Notes: generated from the sequence alone by a model not told the origin. A stretch of DNA of 32,456 bases from Verrucomicrobiia bacterium (GCA_036509625.1 DATCFH010000170.1:1-32456), one strand, 5' to 3'; shown: positions 23,833 to 32,346, counted from the first letter of the stretch. Program-made: numbers and translations.

Positions 23833-25061
23833 GCGCGACAGGTAAGCCGAAATTTTCCCGAAGTCAACGGCGGCAATTTTTCCACCGCGCTGACCACGAT
23901 TTTATTTTTAAGTTGCAGCAAACTTTCGATTTTCTCCGTCACCAATTTTAATTCTTCCGCGCCCGGAATTTCGTGGTCAGGAATAAATTGAAAATCACAA
24001 TCGCCGTTTTCAAATTGCCGCAGTTGATAATGCGCGATGCCATTTGCGCCAATAAAACATTGGTCAACATCGTAAGTCGTCACGCGCCGCCCATCGCGAC
24101 GACGCAACGCGTCGCGTGCGCGACCGTGGACAAAATAATTTGTTTCACCAGACTTTTCTTGGCACTCAACCAAATCACCAACCCGATAGCGCACGAGCGG
24201 CATAATCTCGTTCGTCAACGTCGTCACGACCAAATCGCCGATGCCGCGCTCGTCCGGCGCGACGAGTTCGTAAAAAACATTTTCGAGGCTGGCCTTCATT
24301 TCGCCGCGCTCATTTTCCATCAGCAAATGGCCAGTTTCCGTCGAGCCGTAAAAATTAAAAATCGGCACGCCAAAAACACGCGACAAAATTTTCCGGTGGA
24401 CGACGCTGACAAATTCGTAACTGCACAAAATGAATTTCACCGACGGAAATTTTATTCCATTCCGTTCACAATACAGCGCAAACCAAGCGCCGTGCACCGG
24501 ATCCAAATCCAAAAACACCGGCGACCATTCCGAAACTTCTTCCGCCATGCGCACGAACTCCGCGTCCGTCAGCAAAAACGGAATGCGCGCCTGATTCACA
24601 TAAATCGTCGCGTCCACCGTGCGCGCGGTTTTGGAAGTGTAATTGGAAAAGCAAACCAGGCCGTTACAAATTGGCGGCACAATTGTCGCGCGGCGCGCGT
24701 GCGGATGCGCGTCTAAAACTTGGGCGACAAAACTATTCAGCCGCAGCACGCGCGCTTCCTGTTCATTCCACCAGCCGCGCCCAAACAACACCGCTGTGCG
24801 TTCGTCCGAACTGCCGGATGTGTGCTCCAATTCCACCGATTTATTTGCCAGCAACGCGTCGAGATTTTGTCCGTCGCGCAAAAAGTTTTTTGGGAAATTC
24901 TCACGCAGCTCGCGTTTGGTGATTAACGGCTGACTGGAAAAACCATTGATCGTTGTGGCCTGATAAATGGGCAGTTCGCGCCAGCGCGGCAGAAGTTTTT
25001 CCACGCGCGCCAACTGCGCCGCCGCGCGCATGGATTCAGGAGTTGCTGACATCGTGCCCAT
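23829..25061 (-). CDS. adenylate-forming enzyme, phenylacetate-CoA ligase / coenzyme F390 synthetase-like (ANL superfamily)
   Basis: Motifs TSGSSDERT (atypical P-loop-like A3), YGSTETG (A5), YRVGD (A8) and a C-terminal LTSGKF lysine (A10). I place the start at ATG 25061 (MGTMSATPES...) or ATG 25052; the longer track ORF to 25178 would overlap the upstream gene. Confidence 0.7.
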   Translation of the reverse strand: MGTMSATPESMRAAAQLARVEKLLPRWRELPIYQATTINGFSSQPLITKRELRENFPKNFLRDGQNLDALLANKSVELEHTSGSSDERTAVLFGRGWWNEQEARVLRLNSFVAQVLDAHPHARRATIVPPICNGLVCFSNYTSKTARTVDATIYVNQARIPFLLTDAEFVRMAEEVSEWSPVFLDLDPVHGAWFALYCERNGIKFPSVKFILCSYEFVSVVHRKILSRVFGVPIFNFYGSTETGHLLMENERGEMKASLENVFYELVAPDERGIGDLVVTTLTNEIMPLVRYRVGDLVECQEKSGETNYFVHGRARDALRRRDGRRVTTYDVDQCFIGANGIAHYQLRQFENGDCDFQFIPDHEIPGAEELKLVTEKIESLLQLKNKIVVSAVEKLPPLTSGKFRLTCRA

Positions 25062-25120
25062 AGCAATGCACCAAGTTTGAAATTTTTCCAGTGCGATGTG
25101 TTTTTTTATTTTTCCACGTT

Positions 25121-25879
25121 TCACAGAAACGCTTGCACTAACCGCAGAAATTCTTCCGGCTGATCCGCGTGAACCCAATGGCTCGCCTCGGCCAGCGTCT
25201 CGATTTGCGCCTGCGGAAACAATTCGCGAATCAACGCTTCGTCTTCCGCTTTCAGGTAATTTGATTTGCCACCGCGAATGAACAACGCCGGTTTCGCGAA
25301 CGGCGCGACGGCGGAAATCGGTTCACCAAGCTGCGGATAATTTTCCGCAAGGCTGCGCAAATTTATCTTCCAGAAAAATTCGCCAGTAGAATTTCGCCCC
25401 AGATTTTTCAACAGAAAGCGGCGCAAAACCAGATTGGGAATTTCCGGCGCAAGTGCGTCCTCAATTTGCTGGCGCGCCGAAAAAGATTTCAAATCCAGCG
25501 CGAGCAGTGCGGCGAAAACCTTATCATGCGCGGGCGCATACGCGCGCGGCGCCATGTCCGCGACGATAAGTTTTTCCACGCGCGACGGAAATTGCAGCGC
25601 GAACTGCATCGCCGTTTTGCCGCCCATCGAATGACCGATGACAAATGCCGTTTCAATTTCGCGCGATGCCATGAATTCATTTACGTCAATCGCCATCAAG
25701 GAATAATTCATTTCCGCACTGTGCGGCGACTGGCCGTGATTGCGCTGGTCGAGCGCGAAGACCTGAAAATTTTTCGCCAGCCGCTGCGCGATGGGATGCC
25801 AGTTATCCGACGAACCAAACAGTCCGTGCAACAAAATGACTGCCCTGCCCTGTCCGGATTTTTTGAAATGAAGTTCCAT
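25121..25879 (-). CDS. alpha/beta-fold esterase/thioesterase, YbfF-like
   Basis: I place the start at ATG 25879 (MELHFKKSGQGRAVILLHGLFGSSDNW...). Nucleophile elbow GHSMGG, C-terminal catalytic His context SHWVHADQP, and overall collinearity with E. coli YbfF as I remember it. The track ORF to 26194 is an unsupported 105-aa extension that overlaps the divergent gene. Confidence 0.8.
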   Translation of the reverse strand: MELHFKKSGQGRAVILLHGLFGSSDNWHPIAQRLAKNFQVFALDQRNHGQSPHSAEMNYSLMAIDVNEFMASREIETAFVIGHSMGGKTAMQFALQFPSRVEKLIVADMAPRAYAPAHDKVFAALLALDLKSFSARQQIEDALAPEIPNLVLRRFLLKNLGRNSTGEFFWKINLRSLAENYPQLGEPISAVAPFAKPALFIRGGKSNYLKAEDEALIRELFPQAQIETLAEASHWVHADQPEEFLRLVQAFL

Positions 25880-25972
25880 CGTCGGCAAAATTTGACCACC
25901 GCTTTTGTAACAGTCGGACGGCGGCTGCTCAATGCTTGAAATCGGCTGGCGACCATCGGAGAATGGGCGCTC

Positions 25973-26836
25973 ATGATTTTGCGTCCCACAAAAAATGCCG
26001 CCTACGGATTGGCAACAGCAGTCTTTTTCCTGCTCGCGACTAAAATGTTCGCCGCCGCGCCGACTGGCCCAACCCTGCACTTTGATTACGGCCACGGTGA
26101 ATTGCGCGACAATCCCGTCAGCAAGTTCATGTATTTTGTGCCGCTGATTTCGCCGGAGCCGGTTTCGGTTTTCACCAATGCCGGCAACCCGCAATACACG
26201 CGCGTGCTTTCATTTTCCAGCCGGACGAATGGCGCAACCTTTTCCGTCACCTGCGAATTTGATTTCACCGGCACCGGTTCGCTGCAAAATGTTTTTGATC
26301 ACACGCCCAAAATCCAAATGCACGAAAAGGAACTTCGCGCGGGCACGCCGCTCAAACATCAGCTCGACTCCATTAATGTCCTGGGAAACGGCAGCGGCAG
26401 CATTGAAATCGATGGGGCGTTCACCAACGGCCAGCGCGTGATCAATCTGGTGGAATTGCGTTTCAACCGCCACGGCCACACCAGTCCCGTGACCATCAAT
26501 CTGGAAGACATCGTCTATCGCAACGGCGCGGTGCGGTCAGAAAATGAAATGGTCGCGCGCGTGAACGCACTGATATTTCGTCGCGTAGCTGGCACGCCTA
26601 AAATGGAAGTCTCGCTCGCTTCGCTAAAATCAAAGGCGGCGGGCGACGGGCTGTGGCAGAATTTTATGGGCAGCCTCAAAGGCGCGACGGCCAACCTGTT
26701 TCTCCCGCCGCTCAAGATTGAACCCGAAGGTCAGCAAGCCATGCTGGATTTTGGCCTCGCCCTCGCCACGGAAAAATCTGATTTCACTTTTCCCATTGCC
26801 ACGCGGCTGAAAGTCAGCGCGCCAGCGAAGTTGTAA
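25973..26836 (+). CDS. hypothetical exported protein (no family recognised)
   Basis: ATG start with GGAGA about 10 nt upstream. N-terminal signal-like segment AAYGLATAVFFLLATKMFAAA. 287 aa with coding-like composition and no motif I can name. Confidence 0.6.
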   Translation: MILRPTKNAAYGLATAVFFLLATKMFAAAPTGPTLHFDYGHGELRDNPVSKFMYFVPLISPEPVSVFTNAGNPQYTRVLSFSSRTNGATFSVTCEFDFTGTGSLQNVFDHTPKIQMHEKELRAGTPLKHQLDSINVLGNGSGSIEIDGAFTNGQRVINLVELRFNRHGHTSPVTINLEDIVYRNGAVRSENEMVARVNALIFRRVAGTPKMEVSLASLKSKAAGDGLWQNFMGSLKGATANLFLPPLKIEPEGQQAMLDFGLALATEKSDFTFPIATRLKVSAPAKL

Positions 26837-26839
26837 AAA

Positions 26840-29635
26840 TCAGTCTTCCTCGCGCGCCGGGAACTCGAAGGTGATTTTGCCCTTTTTGTCCATCACGAGG
26901 AACGCCGGAAACGGCTTGCCGGATTTGGAAATAAATTTTTCCATCACGTCGCTCTTTTTGTCCTTGAGAATTTTCGCCGCCTGCACCGCGTCAATCGGCT
27001 GCTCCAAAATCGTCTTGCCAATGGGCTTGAACGTGCAGCGCTTCTCTGCGCGCTGGGAATTTTCGCAGACGTAGCCCGACTCGACATCAAACACCTGACC
27101 GTCGCATTTCGGACATTTGCCGATAACGTCCTTGCCCGTAAAATCAAGCTTCGGCGGCGGCTCGCTACTCTTGGTTTTGCCTTTGCCTTCGCGCGGCGGA
27201 AACTCAAACGCCGTGCCGCCATCTTTGAGGATCAGATACGCTTTGAACGGACGATTGTTTTTCTTCGAGATAAATTTCGTGAACAAATCCGTCTTGCCCG
27301 TCTCCAGCATTTTTTTCACCTGCGCCGCCTCAATCGGCTGCTGCAAAATAATTTTGCCGGTCTTAAATTTGCAGGTCTTGTCCGGGCCGGTCGCTTTCTC
27401 GCATAGATAATTCATCCCACCGTCGAACACGCGCGCACCGCACGCAGGACATTTGCCGAGCGGTTCTTTGCCAGTAAAATCAATGGCTGCAGCGGCCTCG
27501 CCATCCTTGCCCTGGTCATTACCAAAATCAAACTCCGGCTTGAACTCCGCGCCCATCTTGATGACGGCGGCGAACGGAAAACCCTGTTTGCTGCGAAAAC
27601 CTTGCAGCGGTCCGACCGAGCCTTTCGTGAGCAATTCCTCAATTTCGGGAATTTCATACTGGCGGCCGGCGACAATTTTCCACAGCGAATAATCGCATTT
27701 CTGGCACTGGAATTTTTTGTAATTCTCGTGGATTTCGCCGCCGCATTTCGGGCACGGCACATTGAGTTTTCCAAAATCACCGGGAATCGTGTCGCTCTCG
27801 TAGCTCTTCGCTTTCGCAACCATGTCGCGCGTCGCGTCGGCGATTTCGCGCATGAAATCTTCGCGCTTCAATTTGCCGCGCGACATCTCGTTGAGCTTGT
27901 GTTCCCACTCGCCCGTCAGTTCCGGCGAGCAAAGCTGCGGAATGTCGAGACCGCGCAGCAGCGTGATGATTGAAAATGCCTTCGCCGTCGGCTGCAATTC
28001 GCGGCCAACGCGGTGGACATATTTTTCCCAGATTAAACCTTCGATGATCGTCGCGCGCGTCGCGGGCGTGCCGAGACCTTTATCGCTCATCGCCGCGCGC
28101 AATTCCTCGTCGTCAATCAATTTGCCCGCGCTTTCCATCGCGCCGAGCAACGTCGCTTCCGAATAACGCGCCGGCGGTTTGGTGACGTTCGCCTCGACTT
28201 CGATTTTCTCGGTCTTGACGGTTTCGTTTGGCTTCACCGGCACGAGGCTCGGCGTGTCATCCGCTTCCGCCGCTTCCTTGCCGTAAACTGCGAGCCAACC
28301 CGCGTTGACCATCACTTTGCCTTCGCTTTTGAACGGCTCATTTTCAACGCGCGTAATTCGCGTTGTGACCAAAAATTCTGCTGCTGGATAAAAAACGGCG
28401 AGAAAACGTTTCGTGACGAGGTCGTAAAGCTTTTGTTCCGGCTCGCTCAAAACTTTGGGCGCGATGAGCGTGGGAATGATCGCGAAGTGATCCGAGATTT
28501 TCGCATTATTAAAGATGCGCTTGTTCGGACGCACCCAGCCGCTTTTCAAAATCTGGTCGGCAAACGTGGAATAACCCGTCACGCCGTCGAGCATCTTCAG
28601 CGTTTCCTTCACCGTTTCCAAATAATCTTCCGGCAACGCGCGCGCGTCCGTTCTCGGATAAGTCAGGACTTTATGTTTTTCGTAAAGCGCCTGCGCGAGT
28701 CCCAAAGTATTTTTCGCAGAGAAACCAAACCGCCCGTTCGCCTCGCGCTGCAACGTCGTCAAGTCGTAGAGCATCGGCGACATCGAAGTCGTCGGCTTGC
28801 TTTCTTCCGTGACGATACACGGCTGGCCGAGACATTTTTTTTGAATTTCCTCCGCGCGGGAAATTTCCCAAACGCGCTCCGGCCTGGATTGTTCGTCGCC
28901 TTCCTTTTTGAAATTTTCATCGAACCAGCGTCCCGCATATTCGCCGGCTTGCGCGGCAAATGTCCCGTGAATTTCCCAGTAGTCGCGCGCAACAAATTTT
29001 TTAATTTTCTCTTCGCGCTCGACGAGAATTGCCAGCGTCGGTGTCTGCACGCGGCCAACCGTCGTGAGATGAAAACCGCCGCTCTTGGAATTAAACGCCG
29101 TCATCGCGCGCGTGCCGTTGATGCCGACGAGCCAGTCGGATTCGCTCCGGCACGTCGCCGCGTCCGCGAGTGGAATCATTTCCGAATTAGTTCGTAGCTT
29201 CGCAAAACCATCACGGATGGCGGCGGCGGTCATGGATTGCAGCCAGAGCCGTTGAATGGGTTTGTCACTTTTCGCGTATTGAACAATGTAGCGAAAAATC
29301 AATTCCCCTTCGCGCCCGGCGTCGCACGCATTCACGAGCGAAGTGACATCCTTGCGCTTGATGAGCTTTAGCACGGCCTTGAGGCGCGGCTCGCTTTTCT
29401 CAATCGGCAGCAGATCAAAATGCGGTGGAATCACCGGCAGATTCGCGAACGTCCATTTGCCGCGCTTGACCTCGAACTGTTCGGGCACGCAAATCGTGAG
29501 CAGATGGCCGACCGCCGAGGTGATGACGTATTGGTCATTCTCGAAATGGTCGTCGTGCTTTTCAAATTTTCCGAGCGCCTTGCTGATGTCGCTGGCGACG
29601 GACGGTTTTTCCGCGATGATGAGGGCTTTTCCCAT
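26840..29635 (-). CDS. topB: DNA topoisomerase III with three C-terminal Zn-ribbon + topoisomerase C-terminal-repeat modules
   Basis: MGKALIIAEKPS (Toprim), NACDAGREGELIF, GRVQTPTL and active-site Tyr context LTYPRTD. I place the start at ATG 29635; the track start at 29647 is TTG. The C-terminal third (26843..27775) holds three CxxC...CxxC ribbons, each followed by a G..GF.SK.G..F.A-type repeat. Confidence 0.9.
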   Translation of the reverse strand: MGKALIIAEKPSVASDISKALGKFEKHDDHFENDQYVITSAVGHLLTICVPEQFEVKRGKWTFANLPVIPPHFDLLPIEKSEPRLKAVLKLIKRKDVTSLVNACDAGREGELIFRYIVQYAKSDKPIQRLWLQSMTAAAIRDGFAKLRTNSEMIPLADAATCRSESDWLVGINGTRAMTAFNSKSGGFHLTTVGRVQTPTLAILVEREEKIKKFVARDYWEIHGTFAAQAGEYAGRWFDENFKKEGDEQSRPERVWEISRAEEIQKKCLGQPCIVTEESKPTTSMSPMLYDLTTLQREANGRFGFSAKNTLGLAQALYEKHKVLTYPRTDARALPEDYLETVKETLKMLDGVTGYSTFADQILKSGWVRPNKRIFNNAKISDHFAIIPTLIAPKVLSEPEQKLYDLVTKRFLAVFYPAAEFLVTTRITRVENEPFKSEGKVMVNAGWLAVYGKEAAEADDTPSLVPVKPNETVKTEKIEVEANVTKPPARYSEATLLGAMESAGKLIDDEELRAAMSDKGLGTPATRATIIEGLIWEKYVHRVGRELQPTAKAFSIITLLRGLDIPQLCSPELTGEWEHKLNEMSRGKLKREDFMREIADATRDMVAKAKSYESDTIPGDFGKLNVPCPKCGGEIHENYKKFQCQKCDYSLWKIVAGRQYEIPEIEELLTKGSVGPLQGFRSKQGFPFAAVIKMGAEFKPEFDFGNDQGKDGEAAAAIDFTGKEPLGKCPACGARVFDGGMNYLCEKATGPDKTCKFKTGKIILQQPIEAAQVKKMLETGKTDLFTKFISKKNNRPFKAYLILKDGGTAFEFPPREGKGKTKSSEPPPKLDFTGKDVIGKCPKCDGQVFDVESGYVCENSQRAEKRCTFKPIGKTILEQPIDAVQAAKILKDKKSDVMEKFISKSGKPFPAFLVMDKKGKITFEFPAREED

Positions 29636-29706
29636 GTGTCGTGCCAATCTTTAAGCCGCGCGACGCCCATTGCGCAACTTATTTTTTTGGGGAAGCAAAT
29701 CATTTC

Positions 29707-29826
29707 AACCACAGATGGACACAGATAAACACAGATAAAACCAAGACGGTTTCACATAAATTCAAAATCATCCGGCCGGTAAAATAAAATTTTCCCATCC
29801 GTATTAATCCGTGTCCATCCGTGGTT
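29707..29826. promoter_or_regulatory. inverted pair of triplicated 10-bp iterons in the divergent topB/uvrD control region
   Basis: Left arm 29710..29739 = CACAGATGGA CACAGATAAA CACAGATAAA. Right arm 29794..29823 = CCCATCCGTA TTAATCCGTG TCCATCCGTG, the inverse orientation. About 33-nt arms are separated by about 53 nt of AT-rich spacer containing CCGGCCGG. The right arm abuts TATAAAAT upstream of uvrD. The function (operator versus RNA hairpin) is inferred. Confidence 0.45.
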
Positions 29827-29888
29827 ATAAAATAAATCTCCCGTTGCGCGCTTGCGTTCGCTTCCCCGCAAATTAAACTCCGCGCCCG

Positions 29889-31904
29889 ATGGTCAACCTG
29901 AACACGCTCAATCCGCAGCAACGCCTCGCCGCCGAGACCATTCGCGGCCCGGTCTTGATTCTCGCCGGTGCGGGCACGGGCAAGACGCGCGTCATTACTT
30001 TCCGCATCGCGCACATGGTGGATCGCGGCGTGGCGCCCGGTCACATTCTCGGCGTCACCTTCACCAACAAAGCCGCGCGCGAAATGCAGGAACGCGTTCG
30101 CAAACTTTTGCCCAAAGTAAAATCCGACGACAAAAACAACCGTCCGACGATTTGCACGTTCCATTCCTTGTGTGTGCGAATTTTGCGGCAACATATCGAG
30201 AAACTTGGCTACAAACGCAGCTTCGTCATTTACGATTCGTCGGAGCAACTCGCGGCGGTGAAAAAAATTCTTTCCGCCATTTCTGCGAAGGGCGAGAAGA
30301 CCGATCCGGGCGCGGTTTTGGCGATGTTGAGCAAATTCAAAAACGGCGGCGAAAATTCTGCGACGTTCGGCGATCCCAGTGTTCGCGCGCTCGCGCAACA
30401 TATCGCCAAGCGCTACGAATCCGCGTTGCACGCCTGCAACGCCGTGGACTTTGACGATTTGATTTTGCTCACGTTGCGATTATTCCGCGAACATCCCGAC
30501 GCGCTCGAAACCTGCCGTGCGAAATATAAATACGTCATGGTGGACGAGTATCAGGACACCAACGCCGCACAATTTGAGTTGGTGCATTCGCTCACGAAGG
30601 AGCATCGGAATTTTTGCGTCGTCGGTGACGATGACCAGAGTATTTACGGCTGGCGCGGCGCGGAAGTCGCCAATCTGCTCAATCTCGAACAACATTTTCC
30701 CGAAGTTAAAATCGTCAAGCTGGAACAAAATTACCGCAGCACGTCCAACATTCTGAATGCCGCCAACGCCATCATCAAAAACAATGTCCGGCGACGCGGC
30801 AAATCGCTTTGGTCGCAGAAAGGCGCGGGCGCAAAAATCCTGTTGCAGACTTATCCGAATGACGAAGATGAGGCGCGCGAGACCGTCGCGCAGATTGAAT
30901 TTAAGCGTATCGCCTACCGAATCCCGTGGCAGGATTGCGCGATTCTCTTCCGCACCAACCAGCAGTCGCGCCCGATTGAAATGGAATTGCGCAAGGCGGG
31001 CGTGAAGTATCATTTGGTCGGCGGCCAAAGTTTTTTTGACCGGCGCGAGATCAAAGATTTTCTCGCCTACACCAAAACTTTTTTGAACCCGCACGACGAC
31101 ATCAGCCTGCTGCGAATCGCGAATGTTCCCGCACGCGGCTTGAGCGATGTCACGATGGAACGGCTGCTCGGCGCGAGCCACGAGCGCGGCTGCTCGGTTT
31201 TCACCGCGATGAAAAATCCGCTGGTCACGACCACCTTCCAGACGAATACGCGCAAGAGCATCGAAGCGTTTGTTGAATTCGTGGAGCAGACGCAAAATCA
31301 AATTCAAACGGCCACCAGCGATTTGCGGTTGCAAACTTGGGCTGAGAATTTCCTCAATGAAACCGGCTACTTCGCCGAGTTAAAGCGATTGGAAAAAGAT
31401 CCCGAAGTCGCGGAAGCGCGCGGCCGCAGCTTGCGCGAACTGATGGCGACGATGGACGGCGCAGGCAACGCTCCGGCGGAACGGCTGGAGAATTTTCTGG
31501 AGAATGTCACGCTCGACAGCGACCGCGCGGAGGAAAAAGAAAACACCAGCGACGCCGCGACACTCATCACCATGCACTCGTGCAAAGGTCTGGAATTCCC
31601 GCACGTCTTCGTCGTCGGACTGGAAGATGGTTTGTTGCCGCACTCGCGCTCGAAAGTGGAAGGCACGATGGACGAGGAGCGCCGGTTATTTTACGTCGCT
31701 GTCACGCGCGCGATGGAGACGCTGACCATTTCGCATTGCGGCGGTCGAAAAAAATACGGCCAGCTTCTCCCCTGCCAACCGTCGCCGTTTTTGAAGGAGC
31801 TGCCGGAGGAACTCGTCGAACATTCGGATTCAAAATCCAAGACGCCCGTCGCGCAGGAATCCGGCAAAAATCTTTTTGCCGCGATGCGCTCCGTCGTTTC
31901 GTGA
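29889..31904 (+). CDS. uvrD: ATP-dependent DNA helicase, UvrD/PcrA/Rep family (SF1A)
   Basis: 671 aa. LNPQQRLAA, Walker A AGAGTGKT, motif II MVDEYQDTN, motif VI YVAVTRA. ATG start. Confidence 0.92.
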   Translation: MVNLNTLNPQQRLAAETIRGPVLILAGAGTGKTRVITFRIAHMVDRGVAPGHILGVTFTNKAAREMQERVRKLLPKVKSDDKNNRPTICTFHSLCVRILRQHIEKLGYKRSFVIYDSSEQLAAVKKILSAISAKGEKTDPGAVLAMLSKFKNGGENSATFGDPSVRALAQHIAKRYESALHACNAVDFDDLILLTLRLFREHPDALETCRAKYKYVMVDEYQDTNAAQFELVHSLTKEHRNFCVVGDDDQSIYGWRGAEVANLLNLEQHFPEVKIVKLEQNYRSTSNILNAANAIIKNNVRRRGKSLWSQKGAGAKILLQTYPNDEDEARETVAQIEFKRIAYRIPWQDCAILFRTNQQSRPIEMELRKAGVKYHLVGGQSFFDRREIKDFLAYTKTFLNPHDDISLLRIANVPARGLSDVTMERLLGASHERGCSVFTAMKNPLVTTTFQTNTRKSIEAFVEFVEQTQNQIQTATSDLRLQTWAENFLNETGYFAELKRLEKDPEVAEARGRSLRELMATMDGAGNAPAERLENFLENVTLDSDRAEEKENTSDAATLITMHSCKGLEFPHVFVVGLEDGLLPHSRSKVEGTMDEERRLFYVAVTRAMETLTISHCGGRKKYGQLLPCQPSPFLKELPEELVEHSDSKSKTPVAQESGKNLFAAMRSVVS

Positions 31905-32081
31905 GGCGGTGATGACAACGCGCGGCGGGTTTGAAAATTAAATCTTGCCTTCATCGCTGCGTTACTCTCAACTCAAGCCACTTCGGGCATGAAAATTCGG
32001 GAAATAATTTTCGCAACCGCGCAATGTGCATTTGGCGCAGGGAATTCTTCTGTCGTAAATCAGTTTCCTTACGTCGCTTGT

Positions 32082-32312
32082 CGGAGCTTCTCCGGCAGAC
32101 CGCCGCGTTCCTCCGGCACACCGCCGAGCTTCTCCGTCAACTGCCGGAATTCCTCCGGCACGCGCCCGAATGTCTCCGGCAACTCCCCGAACCCTTCCGG
32201 CACACGCCGGAGTTCCTCGGCGGTCTGCCCGAATAGTTCCGGCACGCGCCGGAATCCCTCCGTCAACTGCCGGAGCTTCCCAGAAGTCTGCCGGAATCAT
32301 TCCGGCACGCCA
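32082..32312. repeat. tandem array of eleven degenerate 21-bp units made of alternating TTCCGGC / GCCGGAA half-sites
   Basis: TCCGGC-type cores start at 32091, 32112, 32133, 32154, 32175, 32196, 32217, 32238, 32259, 32280 (decayed) and 32301, exactly 21 bp apart. Inverse GCCGGA-type cores sit 11 bp after each one. The best unit is 32237..32254, TTCCGGC-ACGC-GCCGGAA. Two decayed units precede the array (32040..32081). Confidence 0.85.
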
Positions 32313-32346
32313 CAACCCTTCAAAAACCCTTATTTTCTCACAATTT

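Noticed and set aside
25880-26194. 105-aa N-terminal extension of the hydrolase ORF. Similar extensions occur at 25062..25178 (ligase), 15937..15981 (rpoB) and 29636..29647 (topB).
   Set aside because: The extensions have no similarity to the respective families. They overlap the neighbouring gene or the divergent promoter region, and internal ATG codons coincide with the canonical family N-termini.
29710-29823. The 10-bp iterons as DnaA boxes or a replication origin.
   Set aside because: TTTATCTGTG and TTAATCCGTG differ from the DnaA box TTATCCACA at three or four of the invariant 3' positions. No dnaA or dnaN is nearby, and the region is only about 240 bp long between two promoters.
32082-32312. 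The tandem repeat array as a CRISPR locus.
   Set aside because: The units are contiguous with no unique spacers between them, are only 21 bp long and degenerate, and no cas genes are present in the window.
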